Below are positions 19,001-26,817 of a stretch of 51,687 nt of DNA, piece after piece. The DNA is taken from the NCBI GenBank assembly GCA_036676195.1, contig JAKFDK010000062.1, positions 1 through 51,687 on the forward strand, in the 5' to 3' direction. How positions within the stretch are numbered: position 1 is the stretch's first letter; the number at the start of each line of letters is the position of its first letter. This DNA is from Clostridia bacterium (GTDB lineage: Bacteria > Bacillota > Sulfobacillia > Symbiobacteriales > ZC4RG38). The notes under the pieces were generated by a model. The model saw only the letters and a program-made list of their open reading frames with translations. It ran no database searches and was not told the DNA's origin. The translations under genes were made by a program, and so were the position numbers.

Positions 19001-19972
19001 CAGATACAGCATCCGCTCACCCGCCGCCGGACCCAGGGCCCAGGAGGCGAGGGGGGGAATGGCCACGATCAGGGCCAGGAAGGCATGGCCCATTGGGCCG
19101 GCATCTGCCAGCAGAAAACCCAGGGCGATGGTCACGAAGGCCAGGTCGGCCAGGGGGAGCGCGGGCGCATCGGCCGGAGCCGGTATCGGTGCGGTGGGAG
19201 CAGTCAGGACAGCCAGGTACCGCCGGTACAGGGCCGGAGGCACCAGCAGGGCCGCAGCCCCGGCTGCCCAGATGGCTGCGCTGCCCCAGGCGCCGGCGCG
19301 GGCAAGGGCGTAGACCGCAACCAGAGGCAGGGCTGTGGCGACCAGCCGGCGCCACAGCGGCTGCGCCGCCGCCCACGGCTGCCCTGACCCAGGCAGGAGG
19401 AGGGCGGCTGCCCCGGCCAGTCCGGTGGCCCCGGCCCAGGGGATGAGGCCGGGCAGGAGTTGGTAGACGGTGGGGGCGAACACCTCCGGCCATAGCGGAA
19501 TGAGTCCGGCCAGGGTCAGTTGAATCAGGCCCTGGGCCAGGATGAACAGGTCCGGTCGCGGCGTGGTCGCCGGTTCAGATTCTGCAGCCGCCAGCCAGGG
19601 TGCCGTCAGCAGGGCGGCGGCCAGAATGCCAAACACCAGCCCGAAGGCCCAGTTGCCCGACATGATCCCGTAGCGGGCAAGCGCGGCCAGCGGCAGGCTC
19701 ACCAGCAGTCCGACCATGCGCCGCACCCATGGCAGTTGCGGGGTGGGCAACAACAGCACCATCCCGCTGACCACCAGGGGCGCCGAAAGGTACGAAAGAT
19801 CTGTCGGCAGGGCGATGAAGGCAGGACTGATATAGGTTTCTCCGATCGCATACAGGGCCACACCCAGAAACATTTCCGTGATGGCAGCCACGACGGTCAG
19901 TCGCGCTGTGTGCAAGGTCAGGTGCTGCAAGCGTGTCCCCTCCGTTGGCCACTCCCCCCGGGCCGGATGCAA
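16058..19972 (-). CDS. Large membrane sensor: polytopic N-terminal domain - GAF - two PAS - coiled coil - GGDEF - EAL
   Basis: 1304 aa. GGDEF motif (RLGGDEFAIL) and EAL domain (QYELLLR...EITE...DDFGTG) with intact signatures. The first 390 aa or so are hydrophobic helices. Confidence 0.9.
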   Translation of the reverse strand: MHPARGEWPTEGTRLQHLTLHTARLTVVAAITEMFLGVALYAIGETYISPAFIALPTDLSYLSAPLVVSGMVLLLPTPQLPWVRRMVGLLVSLPLAALARYGIMSGNWAFGLVFGILAAALLTAPWLAAAESEPATTPRPDLFILAQGLIQLTLAGLIPLWPEVFAPTVYQLLPGLIPWAGATGLAGAAALLLPGSGQPWAAAQPLWRRLVATALPLVAVYALARAGAWGSAAIWAAGAAALLVPPALYRRYLAVLTAPTAPIPAPADAPALPLADLAFVTIALGFLLADAGPMGHAFLALIVAIPPLASWALGPAAGERMLYLALAVVGLDGAYRWQFSGVPGTVALAETAFKLLVVVVAAQTGMRTAAHQRRLIQDLVHARGDLQKQVDRQALLDRIGRAIRSSLDLDEILHTTVNELGPALGASRCYVRLRNHTGDSFPILAQYAAPGVAPVPPDFLLYAPRQSLFVRSGRVLAVSDVANDPDLDLSAPNRRAELVAAGAQALLGAPLSVDGKLLGTILFHECTGTREWTPAEVAFVEAVASQVAVGVAHAWAHRALAERHAQLQEVQTDLLERRRQLVTQHETLQAQNTELLRQRAALRAQQLTLEAALDSARVAEEARARLVVTLEATTDLVCMADASGRISYLNGAGRHVLALTPDDDVSRYSMFDAYPNWARSMLLNEALPAALKDGVWSGETSLLSKDGRVIPVSQVLLAHRTLSGEVEFFSTIIRDISAHRQAEDALRESEERFRSAFDNAATGMTLNGLDGRLLQVNRALCDMLGYTEPELLALTWEELTHPDDLESNRQQVQKLLSGELRACLTEKRYLHRLGHAVWVLLSSSLVRDPQGLPLYFLGQVQDITERKLFEGQLVHAANYDPLTELFNRRRFQQELDALLAIPDHRGALLFLDLDDFKYVNDSLGHWAGDELLRSVAVVLQGCLEPADILARLGGDEFAILLPGATAARAAATAEIIVSALRQHTVVIQAQPVGITTSIGVAVLPDHGSSAEELLACADLAMYQAKECGRNSYSLYIPDQERLARMETRLTWEKRIRTALEQDLFLLYWQPILDLHHDKISQYELLLRMRGEQGQIILPQEFLHVAERYGLIHAIDRWVVRQAIRLIAQLEQAGTPVTLEVNLSGKAFADSDLLGLIQHELTVTGIDPARLVLEITETAAIADSSQASRFIETLKEWGCRFAIDDFGTGFSSFYYLKHLPVDYLKIDGSFIRNLPNDPADQHLVKAMVEVAQGLGKQTIAEYVGDAETIALLKAYGVDSAQGYFIGKPVPVHTGDSVAELGHRQS

Positions 19973-20187
19973 CCGGAGGCGGGAGACAGGCCGAGGCCGT
20001 CAGATCGTCGGGAGCCCAGATCTCTGCCGAAATGATCCTTTTGTTTTGCATATCAATTATGATACTGATGTTGGAATCACCTGTGGTAGCCGGTCCCAAT
20101 TCGGGGCATCGCCCAAAAATAACTGGCCCGGTCCCGGCCCCGGCAGATGGTTTTGGTGGCGTTTGCCACTGTCAGCACTGTGTTCCC

Positions 20188-20216
20188 TTGCCCTGCGGGC
20201 TTTTCTGGTATAGAAT
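20188..20216 (+). promoter_or_regulatory. Candidate promoter TTGCCC-17-TAGAAT (alternatively the extended -10 TGgTATAGA)
   Basis: Sequence match only. It sits 150 nt upstream of the 20365 ORF. Confidence 0.35.
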
Positions 20217-20364
20217 GAGAAGGACGCCATGGCGGTAACGTCGACTGAGGTTCGGCACGACCTCGGGCCCGGCGTCCAAGCTAAGAGACCGGCCTGGTGC
20301 AATCGGCACCAGGCTTTAATCCTGCCCATTATACCGGTTTAGATACGAAGGAGGGCCTGGACTT
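20217..20364 (+). promoter_or_regulatory. Structured 5' leader (nested stems plus a terminator-like hairpin) before the hypothetical/secreted-protein genes
   Basis: GGACGCC(20222-28)...GGCGTCC(20271-77) enclose an inner hairpin. Then an 8-bp stem CCTGGTGC/GCACCAGG with loop AATCG at 20293-20313, followed by CTTTAAT. A GAAGGAGGG RBS precedes the ATG at 20365. Confidence 0.3.
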
Positions 20365-20841
20365 ATGTCTACATCCGCCTCCGTCGAGTTTCGGCTGCCT
20401 GAGGGGTGGACACTGCGCAAAGTGGCTGCCATGTTAGCACGGGAGTGGCTGCCGCCCTTTCTGGCGGACACCGGTCCCAAGGCCCCCCGCTGGGTCCTGC
20501 AACCAGTGGTGGAGGCCCCCGAAAAAGGGGCTCTCCCGCTGTGGGAGGCTGGGATTTCCACCGCCGACTACGAGGAGCGTCTGGACCATGCCGACCTTGC
20601 CTGGGCCATCCGGGCCAATGTCGCCCGGGGCAGGGGCAAGGGGACGATTTTGGCGCGGCTGCGTCTGGATGCTGAAGACCGGGAGACCATTCACATGACC
20701 ATCTTCCCGGCGCCGCTGCCCGAGTCCCTGTTTGACAGCACCAAGGTGGACGAGTATCTGCAGGCCCGGGACACAGAGGGTCTGGAAGGCTTGCTGGTGA
20801 ACCTCCTGAGTGCAGGCGGTATCCTGCCTGTGGAGGTCTGA
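20365..20841 (+). CDS. Hypothetical protein (158 aa)
   Basis: Good RBS; coding-like composition. I recognise no family. Confidence 0.5.
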   Translation: MSTSASVEFRLPEGWTLRKVAAMLAREWLPPFLADTGPKAPRWVLQPVVEAPEKGALPLWEAGISTADYEERLDHADLAWAIRANVARGRGKGTILARLRLDAEDRETIHMTIFPAPLPESLFDSTKVDEYLQARDTEGLEGLLVNLLSAGGILPVEV

Positions 20842-20946
20842 GGCCCGGCAGCAGGCTGACGCCCGGCACATCCTGGTGCCGGGCGTTTGTGTCCGGCTCC
20901 GGGGTGATTGCGCGGCGGAGCAGACCGTGAATCGGAGTGAAATGCC

Positions 20947-22890
20947 ATGATCACCGCCCGGCGGCTCCCGTTCCTGTGTGCGATCGTGTTGCTGGTGGCA
21001 CTGGTACCGGTGGTCCGGCCGCCGCTGACAGCGGCAGCCGCCGATCCTGTCCGTCTGTTTGTGAACGGTCACGAACTGCAGCCAGACGTGCCGCCGCAAC
21101 TGGTGGGCGGCCGCACCCTGGTACCGGTACGGGTGGTGGCAGAGGCGCTGGGGGCGCAGGTGACCTGGAACGAGAGCGCCCGCCTGGTGGAGATCAGGGG
21201 CAGCAAAAGCATCAGCCTGCAAGTGGGCAGTGCCCAGGCCCTGGTGGACGGGGAGAGTGTCGGGCTGGATGCCCCGGCGTTAATCCTGGGCGGCCGCACC
21301 CTGGTACCCATCCGCTTTGTGGCCGAGGCCCTGGATTTTGCCGTGGTGTGGGACAACAGCCTGCGGGCTGTCCGGCTGACTGCCGGTGCCGGACTGTCGC
21401 CGGAGGTCCTGGAAACGTATCTCTGGCCGGCCTATACCGCACACCTGCAGGTACAGGTCAGTCTGGACGCGCAGGGCTTTACGGTGGTCAGCGGTACCTT
21501 TGATCCGGCGGCAACGGGCTGGACGGAAGTGGCGGTCTGGCAGGAAGGTGCCCGTCCGGTCAGTGCGCCGGTGAGCGGCAATCACTTTACGGTGCGGGTG
21601 CGGCTCGGCGGCGGCACAGAAGCCGTCCTGTATCTGGGCGGGCGGACCAGCGGTACGTCCTTCGCCAGCGTTGCCCGGCTGCGGGTCAGGGTCCCGGCAG
21701 GGGTAGACCCGCAGTTAGCTGCGGGCGGCGGCCTGACCGTGGCGGACCTGGTGGTGACCGATCACCGCCTGACCGTGACGCCTGCGGTCACCCCGGATGG
21801 GTTTCTGGAGCTCACCGGCAGCAGCACTGCGTCCTGGACCGACCTGCTGGTGTGGTCCGCTGATTCGTCCGCCCAACCTGTAAAAACGGCCGTGGCGGTC
21901 AACCGGGGGAAGTTCCAGGCGGTCCTGCCCTTGCCCGGCCCGGCCACCTATACCCTGTATGTTGGCGCCCGTGAAGACGGCAGTGCGTCATACCGATCAG
22001 TCGCTGAACTGACCGTCACCATGGCTGCAGCCAGCGACCTCGCCCCGGTCACCTCCCTGGACCCCCGGATCAGACTGGCCGCGCCCCTGGCGGCCGGGGC
22101 GGCTTACGCCGATTTTGTGCCGGTGGCGGGTGAAATTGTGGGTCACCCCGGTGCCGAGCCGGTGGTGCTGGCTACCATTGAACGGACGGACGTACAGGCG
22201 GACATGGCCGGGACAGACGCGGCCAGGCCCCTGAAGGCCACACAGGCCATCCCGGTGCAGGACGGCCGCTTCTCCGGCAGCCTCTGGCTGCGGTTTGGTC
22301 CCGGCCGGTACCGGCTGACCCTGGGGCTTCCTGTTGACCGGCGCCAGTGGCAGGAGGGGCTGGAGTTCAGCGCCGTGAACACCGCCACAACCGACAACCG
22401 GTACCTGGCTCCCTCCCGAGGCATCGAGTCCGACCATCCCCAGATTACCGGCCTGGCGGCGAACCTCACCGCCGGGTACAGCAGTGACATGGAAAAAGTC
22501 AGGGCCATTCACGACTGGGTGGCGCGCCACATCAGCTACGACTATGACAAATACAGCAACGCCACCTTCAGCCACCTGGACGGCGCCGTCCGGACCCTGC
22601 AGCGGCGGACCGGTGTGTGTCAGGACTACAGCTTCCTCACCGTGGCTCTGCTGCGGGCGGCAGGCATTCCGGCCCGGCTGGCCTATGGGACGGCCCAGGG
22701 TTACGGGGGCTGGGGCGACCACGCCTGGGTCGAGGCCCGGGCCGGCGACCGCTGGGTGACCATGGACCCGACCTGGGATGCGGGGCACCTGGAGGGCGAC
22801 CAGTTCGTGCCCGGATTCAGCCTGCGCTACTTCGACCCGCTGCCCCAGCTATTTCAGACGGATCACCGCTGGCAAGGCTACGAATACTGA
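20947..22890 (+). CDS. Secreted transglutaminase-like cysteine protease with two copper-amine-oxidase N-terminal-type domains
   Basis: Signal peptide. Two LFVNGHEL...GRTLVP(V/I)R(V/F)VAEAL repeats. C-terminal transglutaminase core with Cys (TGVCQDYS), His (GDHAWVE) and Asp (MDPTWD). Confidence 0.8.
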   Translation: MITARRLPFLCAIVLLVALVPVVRPPLTAAAADPVRLFVNGHELQPDVPPQLVGGRTLVPVRVVAEALGAQVTWNESARLVEIRGSKSISLQVGSAQALVDGESVGLDAPALILGGRTLVPIRFVAEALDFAVVWDNSLRAVRLTAGAGLSPEVLETYLWPAYTAHLQVQVSLDAQGFTVVSGTFDPAATGWTEVAVWQEGARPVSAPVSGNHFTVRVRLGGGTEAVLYLGGRTSGTSFASVARLRVRVPAGVDPQLAAGGGLTVADLVVTDHRLTVTPAVTPDGFLELTGSSTASWTDLLVWSADSSAQPVKTAVAVNRGKFQAVLPLPGPATYTLYVGAREDGSASYRSVAELTVTMAAASDLAPVTSLDPRIRLAAPLAAGAAYADFVPVAGEIVGHPGAEPVVLATIERTDVQADMAGTDAARPLKATQAIPVQDGRFSGSLWLRFGPGRYRLTLGLPVDRRQWQEGLEFSAVNTATTDNRYLAPSRGIESDHPQITGLAANLTAGYSSDMEKVRAIHDWVARHISYDYDKYSNATFSHLDGAVRTLQRRTGVCQDYSFLTVALLRAAGIPARLAYGTAQGYGGWGDHAWVEARAGDRWVTMDPTWDAGHLEGDQFVPGFSLRYFDPLPQLFQTDHRWQGYEY

Positions 22891-23014
22891 GGGCGAGGAG
22901 ACCTTGGTGCGCCCGGGCTCAGTCAGTTCCACCGCGATCTCCTCAGCTACGGATATCTGAGATCAGGCCCCCTCTTCCCGGTGTGTTTTGGGAGCAGGGG
23001 GCTTTTGCGTTTGA

Positions 23015-23245
23015 TCAGCGTATGCACAACTGGGCCACTGTCCCGGCCAGGGCCACCGCCAGCCAGTAGGCTGCCCGATTGGTGCGCCAGATGCCTGTCA
23101 GGTTCAGCACGGCCGCCGTGGCCCCCGAGGCGCCCACGATGAGCAGTGGCGGAAACCGCCAGGCCGTCCACGCCAGCAACAAGGCGACGACCACGACCGC
23201 TTGCACGATCCCCGCTCTGGTTAGCTGCACGTCCCCTGGCACCAC
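23015..23245 (-). CDS. Small two-TM membrane protein (76 aa), second gene of the pair
   Basis: Two hydrophobic helices (AVVVVALLLAWTAW, WLAVALAGTVAQL). Confidence 0.25.
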   Translation of the reverse strand: MVPGDVQLTRAGIVQAVVVVALLLAWTAWRFPPLLIVGASGATAAVLNLTGIWRTNRAAYWLAVALAGTVAQLCIR

Positions 23246-23248
23246 CCG

Positions 23249-23482
23249 CTACCTGTCCCTGTCAACGGTCTTTGCCAGCGGCAGTGTTGTCCGCGCACAG
23301 TCCATCGCTGCGGTGTACAGCCCCAACTCACCGGCGGCTCTTGTCGCAATCAGTCCCGCATCCACTCTGGCCTCGATATTCCTGCTGTGGTCGCGGAGAA
23401 TGGGTTCTCCTTCACGCAGCGCTGCCAGATACCGCCCGCGTGCGAGCAGCATCTGCAGTTCCGCCAGATCCACCGTTTGCAC
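23249..23482 (-). CDS. Small helical protein (77 aa), first gene of a tightly coupled pair
   Basis: Its stop is 3 nt from the next start. Prediction only. Confidence 0.25.
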   Translation of the reverse strand: MQTVDLAELQMLLARGRYLAALREGEPILRDHSRNIEARVDAGLIATRAAGELGLYTAAMDCARTTLPLAKTVDRDR

Positions 23483-23684
23483 CCCCCGTGTTCCCGCCGA
23501 GATACAGATTTTCCCTTTATACGTGAAGTTACTGCCGGAAAATGGGACTTTTCCGAGTTTGCCAGAGGTTAATACCGTCCTCGGGGCTCATTGAAAAACT
23601 GAGACCGCCCTTGCGGCGGGGACCACTAAGGAACTGATCTGGGCTTTGGTCCCGGCCTGCTGGCGCCCGGAATCCTGTACGCCT

Positions 23685-23712
23685 GGTGGAGGGGGGCAGG
23701 GGGGAGGGGGGC
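23685..23712. repeat. Clustered G-tracts (GG, GG, G6, G6, G6) with G-quadruplex potential
   Basis: TGGTGGAGGGGGGCAGGGGGGAGGGGGGCC. Confidence 0.4.
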
Positions 23713-24298
23713 CGGTCAGGATGACTCTCACCGACCTGCGCAGCAGTTGATCAGATTCCGGGCCGCAACCCCGATTTCGGGTGGTCGAGGCAGGGACGGG
23801 ATGATTCACCGGTCTTTTCCGAGGCAGAGTTCCAAAACATGCGGAAACCGCAGGCGAATCCCGTGGTTCCAAGGGATGTTCGCCCCGGAATTATCCTGTT
23901 TTCGGCCTGAGAAGGGGCGTTCTGGTCCGGAGACGGCGAAAAGTGGCGGCTCCCCCACCTGTGCGGCTCCGATTTCATGTGATTCACCGATGTTTTCCGC
24001 ATGTAGCCATGGACCGCTCTGGAAATCAGCGTTGAATCGTGGCCGGGCGCTGATTGAAGCGCAAAGGGCAGCATTCGCGCAGCGGGGGGCCGTAGCGACC
24101 CAGCACCTGAATCGCTGATATTCCCGGGAGCACGTACTTGGTGGAGACCAGAACGCCTTGCGAGCACCCGTTGTTGCGAACAGAGCCTTCATGAATCGCA
24201 TTGAGTCGTCGAATAGTTGACACCTAGTTCGGCGGCACTACCAGCGTAAGAAATCGGAAGCCAAGCTCTACGACTATCTCGTGCACTTGCGTTCAATA

Positions 24299-24326
24299 GG
24301 AGCGGGGGCCATGGCGCCCCCGCTCC
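24299..24326 (-). terminator. Strong terminator hairpin downstream of the low-GC secreted-protein gene
   Basis: 11-bp stem GGAGCGGGGGC/GCCCCCGCTCC with loop CATGGC. No U-tract. Confidence 0.45.
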
Positions 24327-24343
24327 TACCCTGGACTCAACTA

Positions 24344-24749
24344 CTAGCAGTTCAGGCTGGCGTCCCGGAAAACAATGTCCTTGGAGATCCATTTTTCCGT
24401 CCAGCCCGAGTAGTAATGGGTATAGAGCCACTTGCCGCTCCATTCATAGAATTCAGTCTTATAGTTCACATCGGTGTGCTTGTACCAGTTCCGCACCTGG
24501 AGGTACCCTGCAGTCCTGGGTTGAAGGGTCAAGGTGCCCGTGATGGTTTCATTCGTGCTCCAGCTAAAGTCATAGCCCACAGCCGTTTTGATTTGACCGA
24601 CATCGAACGACCCGCTCAGACTTGTCCGATGGCCATATGAATGGCCCTCGCTGTAGCCAACGCTGGAGGTCTCCAGAGTGGGCGAAAGTCGGTGCGGCCA
24701 CCGCCGCGCACAGAAGCACGGACACTGCGAAAGCGGCTACCTTACGCAT
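24344..24749 (-). pseudogene. Low-GC small secreted protein gene with a frame discontinuity just after the signal peptide
   Basis: GGGAGGG RBS. MRKVAAFAVSVLLCAAVAAPTFA signal peptide in one frame. The mature-protein-like sequence (..SVGYSEGHSYGHRTSLSGSFDVGQIKTAVGYDFSW...SLNC*) is in the +1 frame. GC is about 50% against about 70% for the surroundings. Confidence 0.5.
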
Positions 24750-25107
24750 TTTCTTTCCCTCCCAGATTAAACCCTTCGTCTGGTAATACGTGGAAAGTGG
24801 CGGTGAGGCTCGGCTCTGGTAACATTTTATGGAAAATCTCAATGGTAAGGCCCTGACAGGCGCCGGGAGTGAGTATCAGCTTGTGGGTTGACTGCAGGCA
24901 AGCGGGGGCGCGAGTCCAGGCCCGCCGGTGTTCGACATTTTTTCGGCGAAGGTCCCCCGGCGGCCCGCCGTGTTGGTGCCTGTGGTGCGAACAACCGCGA
25001 AGAAAGGCGGGTTTTGACGAACGGTCTTCGACACCGTTCTCCGTTGGATTTCCCTGCTCCTGGTTACACTAGAAGTGACTGTAGATCGGTCCATCGGGGG
25101 TCGCAAA

Positions 25108-26814
25108 ATGGAAGCTCTTCTGGGGCTCGTCCGGCATAGCGGCAACGCCGCCCTCTTTCAGGCCGTGGAGATGTCCATTCTATCCATCCTGTCCGGTGTG
25201 CCACTGCACCTGCATAGCGAGGGGCTGCGCGGGACCGGCAAGACCACCATCCTCCGGGCGGCCCGCCGGGTGTTGCCCCGGATCCGCCGGATCACCGGCT
25301 GCCTGTACAACTGTGAACCGGCGGCACCCCACTGCCCGCTGCACCGGGACATGGGCCCCGGGGAGCTGGCCCAACTGGGCAGCGAGTGGGTGCCCATGCC
25401 GTTCCTGGAGATCTCGCACTCGGCCAAAATCGGCACTGTGGTCGGCTCGGTAGATCTGGCCCGCCTGGTCCGCCAGACCGATCCGGCGGCAGCCCTGCTG
25501 CCGGGAACCCTGCCTCAGGCCCACCGGGGCATTGTGTTTGTGGACGAGATCAACCGGCTGGCCGAGACCTCGCCGGAATTGGCCGACGTCCTGCTCGACG
25601 TCATGGGCACCAAACCTGGCCGTGTGCAAATCGAAGAAACCGGACTGCCGGCGGTGGAGTTGCCGCTGTCGATTTCGGTCTGGGCAGCGTCGAACCCGGA
25701 CGAAGATCCCGGTCCGCTTGAAGAGATCAGGCGGCAACTGTCGGACCGGTTTGATTTCGTCGTCCCGACCAGCCGTCCCGGGGAGTCGGCGGTGGTGGCC
25801 GAAATCCTGTCCAGGTTCGACGGCTTCGCCGGGGTATCCCGGCACCCCGGTGCCGTTGAGACGGCCCGGCTGGAAGCCCACCGGGCCCGTACCATGTCCC
25901 GTTTGCCGGCCCTGCGACAGGTGGAGACGCCTGCCTGGCTGTGCAGTGAGATTGCCGAAATCTATGCCCGTTTCGGTCTGGAAAGCCTGCGGGCAGCCCA
26001 GGCCATGCTCTGGGGCGTGAAACTGGCCGCCTGCCAGGGCGACCGCAAGTGCGCTCAGTGGGAGGATCTGGCGGCGGTGGTGCCCATGGCCCTGCACCAC
26101 CGGGTCGACGGGGAAACCCTGGCGCGAGTGCTGCAGCACGTCCGCAGCCTGTCCGTCCGCACCGGCAGCCGGGAAGTCCGTCCGGCGGCCGCCGGGGCAG
26201 GACCGGGGATCGGCGGCCCTGGTGTGGCCGGCGGCGCCGTGGCGCCGGCGCCGGTCCCAATCGCCCCGCCCTGCCCGACTCCGGCCATGGCGATCCCGGA
26301 AGGGGCGCCGCGGCCGGGTGACACCGGCAGCACCGTTCCCGGCCGCACTGAGGCGCCTGCCTCCGGGGCGAATCCGGCGGCTCCGGGGCGGCCGGGACAG
26401 CCGCTCGGGCACGCCGGCCTGTCCCGGCCGTCGCCGGTCGATCCGGGCGCACCCAACCTGTGGCACCGCCTGTGGCAGAGTCTTTCCGGGCGCCCGCCCG
26501 GGTCCGAGGCAACCGGAGCCCGGGGCACGGTCCGGGATCTGCCGGCCGGGTGGTCACGTCCGGAGACCCCCGGGCTGCCGGGCCAGGCCGGCGGACCGGG
26601 AAAGCTGTTCAGTAAGGTCGGGCCGCAGCGCGGCGGCGGTTCAGACGGCCGCTCCGCCGGGGACCAGGGCTCACCGGGCGAAGCCGGGCCGACCCGAATG
26701 GTAGACCCGACCCAATACCCGCCCGCCGCCCCGCCGGCGGTGGCACGGCCGATCAGCCTGCTGACCCCGGCGGAACTGGTGCGCACAGAGCCGGAGCTGC
26801 AGACGGGGGAGTAG
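25108..26814 (+). CDS. BchI/ChlI-type AAA+ ATPase with a ~230-aa Pro/Gly-rich C-terminal tail
   Basis: Walker A GLRGTGKTT, Walker B IVFVDEINRL and a ChlI-like N-terminal region. The long low-complexity tail ends 3 nt before the next start. Confidence 0.8.
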   Translation: MEALLGLVRHSGNAALFQAVEMSILSILSGVPLHLHSEGLRGTGKTTILRAARRVLPRIRRITGCLYNCEPAAPHCPLHRDMGPGELAQLGSEWVPMPFLEISHSAKIGTVVGSVDLARLVRQTDPAAALLPGTLPQAHRGIVFVDEINRLAETSPELADVLLDVMGTKPGRVQIEETGLPAVELPLSISVWAASNPDEDPGPLEEIRRQLSDRFDFVVPTSRPGESAVVAEILSRFDGFAGVSRHPGAVETARLEAHRARTMSRLPALRQVETPAWLCSEIAEIYARFGLESLRAAQAMLWGVKLAACQGDRKCAQWEDLAAVVPMALHHRVDGETLARVLQHVRSLSVRTGSREVRPAAAGAGPGIGGPGVAGGAVAPAPVPIAPPCPTPAMAIPEGAPRPGDTGSTVPGRTEAPASGANPAAPGRPGQPLGHAGLSRPSPVDPGAPNLWHRLWQSLSGRPPGSEATGARGTVRDLPAGWSRPETPGLPGQAGGPGKLFSKVGPQRGGGSDGRSAGDQGSPGEAGPTRMVDPTQYPPAAPPAVARPISLLTPAELVRTEPELQTGE

Positions 26815-26817
26815 ACC

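Noticed and set aside
20217-20364. Assignment of the structured leader to a named riboswitch class (c-di-GMP-I, ZTP, TPP, fluoride)
   Set aside because: I could not match the conserved core sequences of these classes by eye. Only the generic stem/terminator architecture is supported.
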